Source: an uncultured Acidobacteriota bacterium (GTDB lineage Bacteria > Acidobacteriota > Thermoanaerobaculia > Multivoradales > SZUA-115). Taken from it: a stretch of 64,000 bases of DNA. The notes below the pieces were generated by a model. That model was not told where the DNA came from. It worked only from the letters and a program-made list of their open reading frames with translations, and did no database searches. Of the stretch, positions 1 through 8,995 are shown piece after piece. A program made the position numbers and the translations under genes. Positions within the stretch are counted from its first letter, which is position 1. Every line of letters begins with the position of its first letter. The stretch spans positions 192,001 through 256,000 of the forward strand of contig CAWDVR010000004.1 in NCBI GenBank assembly GCA_963805975.1, in the 5' to 3' direction.

Positions 1-2
1 GC

Positions 3-1178
3 AGCCGGCACTACGAGCTCTCCGTCACGGGCGAGACCGTGTGCACCAGCGAGGAGGCGGGATGGGCGGTGCGGGCGAGCGACGGCCTAGGCTCGTTCTT
101 CCTCGCCGCGACGGGCGCGCCCACGACGGCCTTCGCCTGGCCGAAGCCCGAGGGCCCGGCCCTCACTCTCCCCGAGCCGGTGGCGGCCCCGCCGTGGAGC
201 GAGCCCAAGGATCTGGGCTCCGCGCTCCTCTCCGAGCGGGAGGGCCTGGGCTTTCTCGCGGCGCTGGCGCGCGAGCTCGAAGCGGAGGCACCGGGCTCGC
301 GGCTCCTGGGCGCACGGCTCGACGACGGCGGCAGCGAGAGCCGCATCGAGAACAGCCGCGGCATCGCCGTCTCCTGGCGCAACCGTCTGGCGGCCTTGCA
401 TCTCGAGGCTTCGAGCGCCGACGGCGCCACCGCCGAGCTGGCGGCCGCCGAGCGCGATGCGCACCGGTTCAACGCCAAGGCGCTCGCCCGGCGCCTGGCG
501 GACCGGCTGATGGTGGCGGCCGGCCGGCCCGTGGAGCGGGACCGCGGCGAGCTGCTCCTGGCGCCGGCGGTCGCCGCGCGCCTGCTCGCCGGCCTGGTGC
601 CGCTCTTCCTGGGCGGCGGGGCGCGCTCCCGGCTCGAAGCGCTCGCCGGCCGGCAGGGGAAGGTGGGGAGCGCCGCCCTGACGCTGATCGACGACGGCCG
701 CCTGCCCGGTGGGGCGCTCGAAGCGCCGGTGGACGGCGCCGGCTCGCCGGCCCGGGAGACGGTGCTGATCGACGCCGGGGTCCGCGGCCGGGTGCTCGAG
801 GGCCCGGGCACGCTCCGGCGGCCGGGCTGGCGGGACCTGCCGCGGCCGGGCATCAGCCACCTCTACCTCGCCCCCAGGTCCCGCGCCTCGGTGGCCTCGC
901 TCGTCGCCCTCGTGGCTCGCGGCTACTACTTCATCGACGCCCCGGGCCCCGGCACCTTCGACCTCGAGCGCGACTTCTTCCACCTCCCGGTGCGCGGCTT
1001 CGCGCTCGAGGCCGGCGCCGCGCACGCCCCGGTGGCCGGCGTGGCGCTCACCGGCGCCGTCTCGTCCTTCCTCCACGGCCTCCAGGCCACGGCGCGCGAC
1101 CTCTCCTTCCTCCCCCTCGCCGGCATGGTGGGCTCGCCGACGCTGCTGGTGGCGGGGTTGGAGGTGGTGGCGGAGTGA
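3..1178 (+). CDS. TldD/PmbA family protein (5' end outside window)
   Basis: Frame open from position 3; motifs 'IENSRG', 'VGSAALTLIDDGRLPGG..PVDGAG', 'GVALTG', 'GSPTLLVAGL' typical of the TldD/PmbA C-terminal domain. Confidence 0.8.
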   Translation, partial: SRHYELSVTGETVCTSEEAGWAVRASDGLGSFFLAATGAPTTAFAWPKPEGPALTLPEPVAAPPWSEPKDLGSALLSEREGLGFLAALARELEAEAPGSRLLGARLDDGGSESRIENSRGIAVSWRNRLAALHLEASSADGATAELAAAERDAHRFNAKALARRLADRLMVAAGRPVERDRGELLLAPAVAARLLAGLVPLFLGGGARSRLEALAGRQGKVGSAALTLIDDGRLPGGALEAPVDGAGSPARETVLIDAGVRGRVLEGPGTLRRPGWRDLPRPGISHLYLAPRSRASVASLVALVARGYYFIDAPGPGTFDLERDFFHLPVRGFALEAGAAHAPVAGVALTGAVSSFLHGLQATARDLSFLPLAGMVGSPTLLVAGLEVVAE

Positions 1179-1185
1179 GGAGCGC

Positions 1186-1641
1186 TCAATCCCGACCGGA
1201 ACGCTCGGAATCGGTGGGGCCGGAGTCGGGGTGCGGGAGGGCGAGAACCTCGAGGCCGTCGATCCCGGCAAAGTCCCCAGGATTGACCGTGTACAGCGGC
1301 AGGTTGTTGGCGAGCGAGGTCGCGGCGATCAGCGCGTCATAGGCACGGGCGGCTGGATTGCGGCCGGCGCGGCGTAGCGACGCCGCGACGCGACCGAAGG
1401 CGCGAGCCGCCGCGGCGTCGAAGCCGAGCGGCTCGAAGTCCGCCTCGGCTTGCTGGAGATGCGCCAATCGCCGGGCTCGCTCGGTCTCGGTCGTCGCGAC
1501 CAGGGGACCGACGGTCAGCTCGGCAAGCGTGATGGCCGAGATCAGCGGAACGTCCGGCAGGAGACCTGGGTCGCTGAGGCGCGGCAGAAGGATCACGGTG
1601 CTCGTGTCGAGCAATCCGGCGGGATGAGAAGGTCTGCTCAT
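1186..1641 (-). CDS. vapC: VapC-like PIN-domain toxin
   Basis: 'LLDTSTVI', 'ISAITLAEL', 'YDALIAAT', 'LYTVNPGDF'; ATG overlaps antitoxin stop (ATGA). Confidence 0.9.
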   Translation of the reverse strand: MSRPSHPAGLLDTSTVILLPRLSDPGLLPDVPLISAITLAELTVGPLVATTETERARRLAHLQQAEADFEPLGFDAAAARAFGRVAASLRRAGRNPAARAYDALIAATSLANNLPLYTVNPGDFAGIDGLEVLALPHPDSGPTDSERSGRD

Positions 1642-1874
1642 CGAGCGGGGTCCACCGCTGCATCGACGTCGTTCCGGAACCTCACCGGGTCTACCGGCGG
1701 AAGACGGCGCCATCGCTCCACGAGAGTGGCTCGGTCGAGACCACGCCGCCGTAGCGGACGAAGCTCGGCCACGGGAGTACCGGAGCGTGTGATGGTGACC
1801 GACTCGCCGCCCAACACTCGCTCCACGACTTCACCACCGTGGTTTCGGAGCTCACGGATGCTGATCGGGTTCAT
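1638..1874 (-). CDS. Phd/YefM-family antitoxin
   Basis: 'ISIRELRN..GEVVERV..GESVTITRSGTPVAEL'; coupled to PIN toxin. Confidence 0.9.
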   Translation of the reverse strand: MNPISIRELRNHGGEVVERVLGGESVTITRSGTPVAELRPLRRRGLDRATLVERWRRLPPVDPVRFRNDVDAAVDPAR

Positions 1875-1910
1875 GGCACCACGGTATCACGCCGTGAGAC
1901 GCCGGCGCCT

Positions 1911-3005
1911 TCAGGCCGTGGTCCAGATCTCGGCCAGGGCGCGGCGGAAGTTGCCGCCCAGGATCTGCTCGACCTCGGCGTCCCTGAAGCCCCGGCGCAG
2001 GAGGCCCGCCGCCAGGTCGTAGGGCCGCCGGCTGTGGCGGAGCCCGCGGATGTCGTAGGCCTCCCGCACCCGGCCGGTGGCCGGATCTCGGGGGTCGAGG
2101 TCGCAGTCGCTGCCGATCCCCAGGTGCGCGGCCCCCACCAGCTCGGCGACGTGCACGAAGTGGTCGAGGAGGTCGTCGAGCGTGCTCCCGGCGAACGCCC
2201 GCACCGTCGTGATCCCCATCACCCCACCCCGGCGGGCGAGGGCGAGGATCACGCGGTCGGACTTGTTGCGCGGGTGCGCCGCCAGAGCGCTCGAGTTGGC
2301 ATGGGTCACCAGCACCGGCCGATCCGAGCAGTCGATCGCTTCGAGAGTGGTGCGTTCGGAGCAGTGCGAGACGTCGACCGCGATCCCCACGCGGTTCATG
2401 GCCGCGACCATCTCGCGCCCGAGCCCGGTAAGGCCCTCGTCTCTTGGGTCGCGGCAGCCGGAGCCCAGGCGGCTGCGCCCGTTGTAGGTGAGCTGCGAGA
2501 CCCGCTGGCCGAGGCCGTGGAAGAGGGCGACGTCGTCGACGGTGCGAAAGTGCTCGCTGCTCTGGAAGCCGATCAGGATGCCGATCCGCTGCTCGCTCCG
2601 CGCCCGGTCGAGGTCGGAAGCGGAGAGCACCGGCACGAAGTAGCCGGGCCGGCCGCGCAGGAGCGCGTTCCAGTCTTCCGTCCAGCGCAGAGCCGCCTGG
2701 TGGGGCTGCGGTGAGTTGGGCTCCACCGCGGGGTGGAGCACGCTGACCCCGGAGGCGAGGAGGCGCTGGAAATCCGCATCGCTGAACGCCGCCGGATCGC
2801 GCTGCCAGGAGTAGAGGCGGGGCCAGTCGAGGGTCAGGAGCCCCAGCATGTCGATGACCGTGGCACGCTCCACCAGGGCGGCGGCACGGGTGTGCTCCGG
2901 CGAAGGGGTGTCGGAGGTGCGTGTGGCGGCGCGGAGCGGTCCGGCGACCCAGAGGCCACCTCCCGTGAGCAACCCGGCCCGGAGGATCTCGCGCCTAGTC
3001 CACAT
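1911..3005 (-). CDS. Membrane dipeptidase (peptidase M19) with Tat signal
   Basis: 'TRREIL' twin-arginine leader; 'QLTYN', 'DVSH', 'THAN', 'HPRNKSD', 'GIGSD', 'ILGGNF'. Confidence 0.85.
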   Translation of the reverse strand: MWTRREILRAGLLTGGGLWVAGPLRAATRTSDTPSPEHTRAAALVERATVIDMLGLLTLDWPRLYSWQRDPAAFSDADFQRLLASGVSVLHPAVEPNSPQPHQAALRWTEDWNALLRGRPGYFVPVLSASDLDRARSEQRIGILIGFQSSEHFRTVDDVALFHGLGQRVSQLTYNGRSRLGSGCRDPRDEGLTGLGREMVAAMNRVGIAVDVSHCSERTTLEAIDCSDRPVLVTHANSSALAAHPRNKSDRVILALARRGGVMGITTVRAFAGSTLDDLLDHFVHVAELVGAAHLGIGSDCDLDPRDPATGRVREAYDIRGLRHSRRPYDLAAGLLRRGFRDAEVEQILGGNFRRALAEIWTTA

Positions 3006-3229
3006 CAACGAACCGGTGTGGAAGACTCTCCCCCCATATCCCCCACCCCGGGTTTCGTTGCTCAGTAGCCCCGCACGGGCTACACTTCTGCTTCAGCAAC
3101 CACAGAGACTCGGATAGATCGTGCCGCTCATTCATTCCTGCTGTTCCCTGACTCCCAAATTGGCGGTTCGTCGGGTCAGTAGGTCTACGAGTGCTCGCGA
3201 CCATTTGTTGTGCTGAAAGGAGCGAATTC

Positions 3230-3748
3230 ATGAACAGGAAGCTCGATCGCCTCGTGATCTGTTGCAGCGCCGCCCTGCTGGCCGCGGCGCTCACCGCCTG
3301 TACGCCGAAACCCGCGCCGCCGCCGGAGCCGGAGTGCACCGCCGACTCCGGCTGCGCGGTCGGGAGCATCTGCCAGGAGGGCAAGTGCCAGGTCGCGGCC
3401 TGCACCCGCGAGTACGCCCCGGTGTGCGGCGCCGACGGCAAGACCTACGGCAATGCGTGCGAGGCACGCGCCGCCCATGTCGAGGTGAGCCACCAGGGAG
3501 AGTGCAAGGTGGTCTGCGGCGGCATCCAGGGCAAGCCGTGCCCCGACCCCGCGACGCAGCTCTGCGACCTCGATCCCGGCATCTGTGGCGGTGCGGACCT
3601 GACGGGCACCTGTGTCGCCAAGCCCCAGGTGTGCACCGAGGAGGTCGCCCCGGTGTGCGGCTGCGACGGCGTGACCTACGGCAACGACTGCAAGCGCCTG
3701 CTGGCGGGAGCGCAGAAGAACCACGACGGCGAGTGCGCCGCCAAATAG
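3230..3748 (+). CDS. Kazal-type protease-inhibitor domain lipoprotein
   Basis: AAAGGA RBS; lipobox LTAC; two Kazal motifs 'CTREYAPVCGADGKTYGNAC' and 'CTEEVAPVCGCDGVTYGNDC'. Confidence 0.85.
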   Translation: MNRKLDRLVICCSAALLAAALTACTPKPAPPPEPECTADSGCAVGSICQEGKCQVAACTREYAPVCGADGKTYGNACEARAAHVEVSHQGECKVVCGGIQGKPCPDPATQLCDLDPGICGGADLTGTCVAKPQVCTEEVAPVCGCDGVTYGNDCKRLLAGAQKNHDGECAAK

Positions 3749-3781
3749 CGGCTGGAGCTCGCGCCCGCCGGCCACGGGAGG

Positions 3782-4708
3782 TCAATACCCGTCGCCGGCG
3801 GGCTCTACTCTGGCACGCGCGGAGCCGGCGAGAAGCTCGCGGGTGACCGTCACCACCTCGACCGCCACCGGCCCTCGGCGCGGACCGATGTGCACCTTGC
3901 CGGCCGGCGCGGGTGCGGGCTGGCCATCGATCGAAGCCTCGGCGGCCACGACCTCGCCGCCGCCCGCCAGGCGGACGCTGTAGCCCACCTCGCCGCCGGC
4001 GGCCCGGTCGCCCAGCTGGACGGCGGGCCGGCGTGCGAACAGCTCCTCGCGGGTGAGGGGCGGCTGGGCGAGAACCTCGGCATCGAGCCGCCGGGCGAAG
4101 GGGAGCACCGCCTCACTCAGGGAGCCGTGGCCGCGGAGGCGGAAGACGACGTTGGAGCGCAGGAACCACAGCCTCCTCTCCGGGCCGCTCCGCGGCACCA
4201 CGAGGAACGCGAGGTCGCCAAGCTCGGCGGGCCGTTCCGCGGCCTGATAGAGCCGTGCCAGGTCGCCGACCATCATCATGTTGTCCGCCAGCTCCGAGAG
4301 CAGCAGCTCCTGGGCGGCCTGGGCGCTGGGGGTGAGGGTGATCTGGAGGTCCAGGGAGCCGGTCGAGGGAGATTGCCGCCCTTGCCCGAGCGCGTTCCAC
4401 GACCACTGGCACCGGCCCCACGGCTCGTCGCCGAAACGGATGGCGGTGCAGGCGCGCACCTCGCGCAGCCCCTCGGGCGCGCCGAAGAGCGCGCGGTCCA
4501 CCGCCGGTGCCACGTAGAGACCGGCCGGTCGCCGCCAATCGCTGGCCCCGAGCTCGTCGGCCAGAGCCTGGGCCCGTGCGGCGAGCGGCGGCTCCACGCG
4601 CATGGTCTCGAAACGAAACGGGCTGGCGGTGGTCTGCCCCGCCACCGGCAGGGCGAGCGCACCACCGAAGAGGGCAAGCATCGGAAGAAGGATCCGTCGC
4701 TGGTTCAT
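3782..4708 (-). CDS. Hypothetical exported protein
   Basis: GAGGTG RBS, Sec-type signal, GC-rich codon usage, 24 bp downstream of the 768-aa gene. Confidence 0.75.
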   Translation of the reverse strand: MNQRRILLPMLALFGGALALPVAGQTTASPFRFETMRVEPPLAARAQALADELGASDWRRPAGLYVAPAVDRALFGAPEGLREVRACTAIRFGDEPWGRCQWSWNALGQGRQSPSTGSLDLQITLTPSAQAAQELLLSELADNMMMVGDLARLYQAAERPAELGDLAFLVVPRSGPERRLWFLRSNVVFRLRGHGSLSEAVLPFARRLDAEVLAQPPLTREELFARRPAVQLGDRAAGGEVGYSVRLAGGGEVVAAEASIDGQPAPAPAGKVHIGPRRGPVAVEVVTVTRELLAGSARARVEPAGDGY

Positions 4709-4732
4709 CGCGCACCTCGGGCCAGACGGAGG

Positions 4733-7039
4733 TCAGTAGACGGTGAAAGCGTAGACCGTGGGCGTTCCCGGGTTCGAGACCGGGAGGTTGTCGATCACCC
4801 GCGTGCGGTAGCTGGCGTTCCAACTGTCGTCGCCGTCGAGATCCCGCGGCGTGCCGGCGGGAGCGTCGTCGGGATCGGCGTCGGCGTCCACCTGGCCGCC
4901 CGAGCCGTCGTAGATCTGGCCGGCGAGCAGGGTGAAGGCGTGGTTGCCGAACCCGCAGCGGTTCTGAGCCGGCCCGTTGTCGCCCGGGACGATCGGGTTG
5001 GGGTCGCAGCCGCCGTCGTAGAAGGGGTTGTTGGTCCAACCGCGACCGATGGCGTTGATCAGGTTCAGATAGCCGAAGGGATTGGTGTAGACGTACTCGG
5101 TGCCGGCCCCGAGGGCATTGGCGAAGACCACCACCGACTTGCCCATGTCGTAGCAGTTGACGACGCCGATGCTCGCCGTCGAGTAGTTGGCCAGCCACTG
5201 CGTGAGGTTGAACTGAGCCGTGGTGCCTCCCGTGTACGCGGAAGAGCCCGAGACGGTGTCGTACAGCCCGCCGGCGTTGGTGTAGAAGTCCTGCCAGATC
5301 GCCCGCGTGGCCGCTGCGGCAGTGGTGGTTCCCTGGGCCAACTGGGTGGCGACCTCGAGCGCCCCCACCCAGGGCACCGCCTGCGGCGCCTGGGGTGGGG
5401 CGAGAACCGTGTAGAGATGGTGCTGCCCGGTGTGCCCCAGGGTGAGCGTGGTCATGCCGGACAGGTATTTCCAGTCCCAGGTGAAGAGGGTGCGCGCCAC
5501 TGCCGCCGGTGGGGTGTTGACGGGGAAGGTCGCCTCGCCGAAGCCGCCGGCGAAGTTGACCGTCACCGGAGAGCCGGCGCTCGCGAGGCCACCCAGCCCC
5601 CCTTCCGCCCAGACCTGGGCCGTGGTGATGGCCGGCGCGGCCGCGAACCGCACCCGCACCGAGTGGCCGCCGCCCATCACCCACGCCGCCGGCTTGCTCG
5701 CCTGCCCGGCCGAGACGTACTCGGGCGCCGTCACGCTGGCGGCGGCGACGTGGTCGTAGAGCTGGATGGCGCCGGAGCCGGCGTAGTTGAAGGAGATGGT
5801 GTCCACCCGCAGGTCGGCGACGGTGAAGCCCACCGGGTCGAGCGCGTCGATCAAGTCCGTGCCCGCGGTGTAGAGGCCATCGTGATTGAAGTCGAGCACC
5901 ACGTCGTACTGGCCCACGGTCAACGGCGCGGCCCAGGCGAGGGTGTTCCAGCAGTTGCCGCAGATGCCGTTGACGGTGATCTGCTCGATCGTCCCGGTGA
6001 GGTCGGTGAGCGAGGTGTTCACTGTCCACTGGGCGTCCGTCTTGGCGGCCACGATGTAGACGTCGGCGGTCTGGCCGATGAAGGAAGGCTGGAGCAGCGG
6101 ATCGACGCCGACGTAGACGTTCTCGTGGGTGAGGAAGGCGCTCCGGAAGCTGAACGGGCTCGCCACCGAGCCGGCGACGTCCATCTCCAGGGGCTCGGCC
6201 ACCCCCGGCCGGCGCTGCACCACGAAGCCCGAGAAGCTGCGGTGGGACACCACGTCCAGGGCCTCGGCCACCGGGTTCGTGCGATAGGTGCCGAAGGGGT
6301 AGGCCACCACCTCGGCGACGATGTCGTACTTGCCGAGCGAGGTCAGCCCCCGGGGCCACAGGCGCCGCCGGAACTCGGTCTGGCCGGGTGCGAGCTCGAT
6401 GAGCGGCGGCATCTGGTAGCCCCACTGGCTGGTGCGGTCGGTGAGCGGCTCGCCGTCCCGCCAGTCGGAGTCCTCGGGCACCGCCCACAGGCGCAGCAGG
6501 CTGCCGGCGGGAAAGTTGCGGCCCACCACCCAGACGTCCTCCTCGCCGATCAGGAAGCCGGTCTTCGAGCAACCGCGGGCGTCGGCGGCGAAGAGCACCG
6601 GCCGCGTGAGCTCGGCGGCGACACGGAACGAGGTGCTGCGGACCACCCGGCCTTCCCGGGCTACCGTCAGGGTGTAGGTGCGATCGGCAAGCGTGGCATC
6701 GATCAAGGCGCCCTCGCCCTGCCAGCAGGGCAGGGTGCCGATCGAGTACCAGAGCACGGTCTCCGGCACCCGCCCCAGCGCGTCCGTCGACAGGCGATTG
6801 GCCACCATCACGCGGCCTTCCTGGTCGGCGACCGTCACCTCGTAGCCCTGCCGGGGCTCGAGGCCGGAGAGCTCGACCAGCAGCGAGTCGTGCATCTGGA
6901 GCTCGGAGACCGCCGCACCGGAAGCGTCCTTGAGCACGATCGGCGGCGATTCCGGCGGCCGCGGCGGACGGAGGCAGGCGCAAGCGCCGGAGAGGAGAGC
7001 GGAGCCGAGCAGCAGCAGGGCGAGCGGAGATCGGTTCAT
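4733..7039 (-). CDS. Large lipoprotein with beta-rich domains and putative Cys-His-Asp (transglutaminase/papain-like) C-terminal domain
   Basis: GAGGTG RBS; 'LLSGAC' lipobox-like; 'VNCYD...GNHAF...IYDG' arrangement. Confidence 0.7.
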   Translation of the reverse strand: MNRSPLALLLLGSALLSGACACLRPPRPPESPPIVLKDASGAAVSELQMHDSLLVELSGLEPRQGYEVTVADQEGRVMVANRLSTDALGRVPETVLWYSIGTLPCWQGEGALIDATLADRTYTLTVAREGRVVRSTSFRVAAELTRPVLFAADARGCSKTGFLIGEEDVWVVGRNFPAGSLLRLWAVPEDSDWRDGEPLTDRTSQWGYQMPPLIELAPGQTEFRRRLWPRGLTSLGKYDIVAEVVAYPFGTYRTNPVAEALDVVSHRSFSGFVVQRRPGVAEPLEMDVAGSVASPFSFRSAFLTHENVYVGVDPLLQPSFIGQTADVYIVAAKTDAQWTVNTSLTDLTGTIEQITVNGICGNCWNTLAWAAPLTVGQYDVVLDFNHDGLYTAGTDLIDALDPVGFTVADLRVDTISFNYAGSGAIQLYDHVAAASVTAPEYVSAGQASKPAAWVMGGGHSVRVRFAAAPAITTAQVWAEGGLGGLASAGSPVTVNFAGGFGEATFPVNTPPAAVARTLFTWDWKYLSGMTTLTLGHTGQHHLYTVLAPPQAPQAVPWVGALEVATQLAQGTTTAAAATRAIWQDFYTNAGGLYDTVSGSSAYTGGTTAQFNLTQWLANYSTASIGVVNCYDMGKSVVVFANALGAGTEYVYTNPFGYLNLINAIGRGWTNNPFYDGGCDPNPIVPGDNGPAQNRCGFGNHAFTLLAGQIYDGSGGQVDADADPDDAPAGTPRDLDGDDSWNASYRTRVIDNLPVSNPGTPTVYAFTVY

Positions 7040-7170
7040 CGCGGCACCTCGCGATTGGGGGCGATGCGTTGGTACCGAGGATCGGCGTTCGGCCCTGGCG
7101 CCGCGTTACAGGGGGGCCGCTCCAGGCGAGGAGCAGTCGAGACCGCGACGCCGAAGCGGCGGGATCTCCG

Positions 7171-7887
7171 CTAGGGTCCGACCGCCGCCGCGATCCGGCG
7201 CTGGATCGCCTCGGCCGCGGCTTTGCGGTCCGGGGCGTTCTTGATCGGGCGGCCGACCACCAGGTAGTCGGCGCCGAAGGAGAGGGCCTCCTCGACGTCC
7301 ACGGTGCGCTTCTGGTCGTCGGTCTCGCGGTTCACCACCGGGCGGATGCCTGGCACCACGATCAGGAGCCGGTGGTCCAGCCGGTCGCGCAGGCGCTCGG
7401 CTTCGAGACCGGAGGAGACCACGCCGTCGCAGCCGATCTCGAGCGCGCGCCGGGCCCGCGAGAGGACGAGCGCGGGCACGTCGGTCGCAAAGCCCAGGTC
7501 TTCGAGATCCCGCTGGTCGAGGCTGGTGAGGACGGTGACGGCGAGGATCTTCACCTCGCCCTTCTCGCGGCAGGCGGCCTCGAGGATGGCGTCGTTGCCG
7601 TGCACGGTGGCAAAGGTCACTCCTCGGCCGCGGAGCTGGCGGACGGCCCGGCCCACGGTCTCCGGCACGTCGAAGAACTTGAGATCGACCATCACCCGCT
7701 TGCCGCGGGCGGCCAGCCACTCGACCAGGCCGAAGTAGTCCCCGGCCATGAACAGCTCGAGGCCCAGCTTGTAGAAGACGGCGGCGTCTCCCAGCTCCTC
7801 GACCAAGGCCTTGGCTTCCTCGACGCTCGGCACGTCGAGGGCGACGATCAGCCGCTCGCGGGGTGGGATGTCTTTGAAGAGGGACAC
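7171..7887 (-). CDS. pyrF: Orotidine-5'-phosphate decarboxylase
   Basis: 'LIVALD', 'DLKFFDVPET', 'AVTVLTS', 'VPGIRP', 'DDQKR', 'VVGRPI'; GTG start. Confidence 0.95.
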   Translation of the reverse strand: MSLFKDIPPRERLIVALDVPSVEEAKALVEELGDAAVFYKLGLELFMAGDYFGLVEWLAARGKRVMVDLKFFDVPETVGRAVRQLRGRGVTFATVHGNDAILEAACREKGEVKILAVTVLTSLDQRDLEDLGFATDVPALVLSRARRALEIGCDGVVSSGLEAERLRDRLDHRLLIVVPGIRPVVNRETDDQKRTVDVEEALSFGADYLVVGRPIKNAPDRKAAAEAIQRRIAAAVGP

Positions 7888-7923
7888 CGCGGGCAGGATA
7901 ACATCCGGCTCCGGAGGTTCCAG

Positions 7924-8995
7924 ATGGAGCTTGGCATCGTCGGCCTGCCCAAGGCCGGAAAGACCACCCTGTTCAACACCTTGACGGCCTCGCATCTCGC
8001 GACCGACAAGTTCGTGTCCTCGAAGAAGACCAACGTCGGCGTGGCCGGCGTGCCCGACCCGCGGCTCGAGGCGATGCGCGACCTCTTCAATCCTCGGCGC
8101 TACATGCCGGCGACGGTCACCTACGTCGACGTGCCAGGCATCAACAAGGGCGACGGGCCGGAGAGCCTGGATCTCGGCCGAGCTCAAGAACGTCGACGCG
8201 CTGGTGCACGTGGTGCGGGCCTTCGAGGACCCGGAGATCCTGCACCCGGACGGCGCGGTGGACCCGGCGCGGGACATCGCCACCCTGGACCTCGAGCTGA
8301 TCCTGGCGGACCACAGCCTGATCGAGCGGCGCATCGACCGCCTGGACAAAGCCGTGAAGCGCGGCCTCACCCCCGAGGAGAAACGGGAGCACCAGCTCCT
8401 GACGGAGATCGTCCTGCCCTGTCTCGAGGCCGAGCGGCCGCTGCGCACGCTCGAGCTCGCCGCGGACGACGAGCGGCGGCTGCGCGGCTTCCAGCTCCTC
8501 TCGGCCAAGCCGCTTCTCGCCGTGGTCAATGTGGACGAGGCCCGGGCCGGCGAGGGCGAGGCGGTCGCCGCCGGGCTCGCGGTGGGCCCGGGCGTCAAGC
8601 TGCTGGTGGTCTCGGCGCCCATCGAAGAGGAGATCTCGCGCCTGCCGCGCGAGGAGCAGCGCGACTTCCTGGCCGAGCTCGGTCTCGCCGAGCCCAGCCT
8701 CGACCGGCTCCTGCGGGCGAGCTACGGCCTCCTCGGGTTGCTCTCGTTCTTCACCGTCGGCGAGGACGAGGTGCGGGCCTGGACCATCCGCCAGGGCACG
8801 CCGGCCCGCCAGGCGGCGGGGACCATCCACTCGGACCTCGAGCGCGGCTTCATCCGGGCAGAGGTGGTGGGCTGGGAGGAGCTGCTGCGCCTGAAGACCC
8901 TGGCCGCCTGCCGCGACCAGGGCCTCTTGCGGCTGGAAGGCAAGGACTACGTGGTGCAGGACGGGGACGTCCTGCACGTCCGCTTCAACGTCTAG
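7924..8995 (+). CDS. ychF: Redox-regulated ATPase YchF, interrupted by +1 frameshift near 8176
   Basis: 'GIVGLPKAGKTTLFN' in one frame; 'HVVRAF', 'FFTVGEDEVRAW', 'AGTIHSDLERGFIRAEV', 'EGKDYVVQDGD' in the next frame. Confidence 0.9.

Noticed and set aside
3890-7174. 1094-aa plus-strand ORF and other very long ORFs (54118-58260, 54105-57317, 46909-50007, 12581-15136)
   Set aside because: Antisense or off-frame shadows of real genes; stop-poor frames are expected at this GC; no motifs.
8165-8200. Programmed ribosomal frameshift in ychF
   Set aside because: No slippery sequence or obvious stimulator; a second similar indel in the window points to assembly error.
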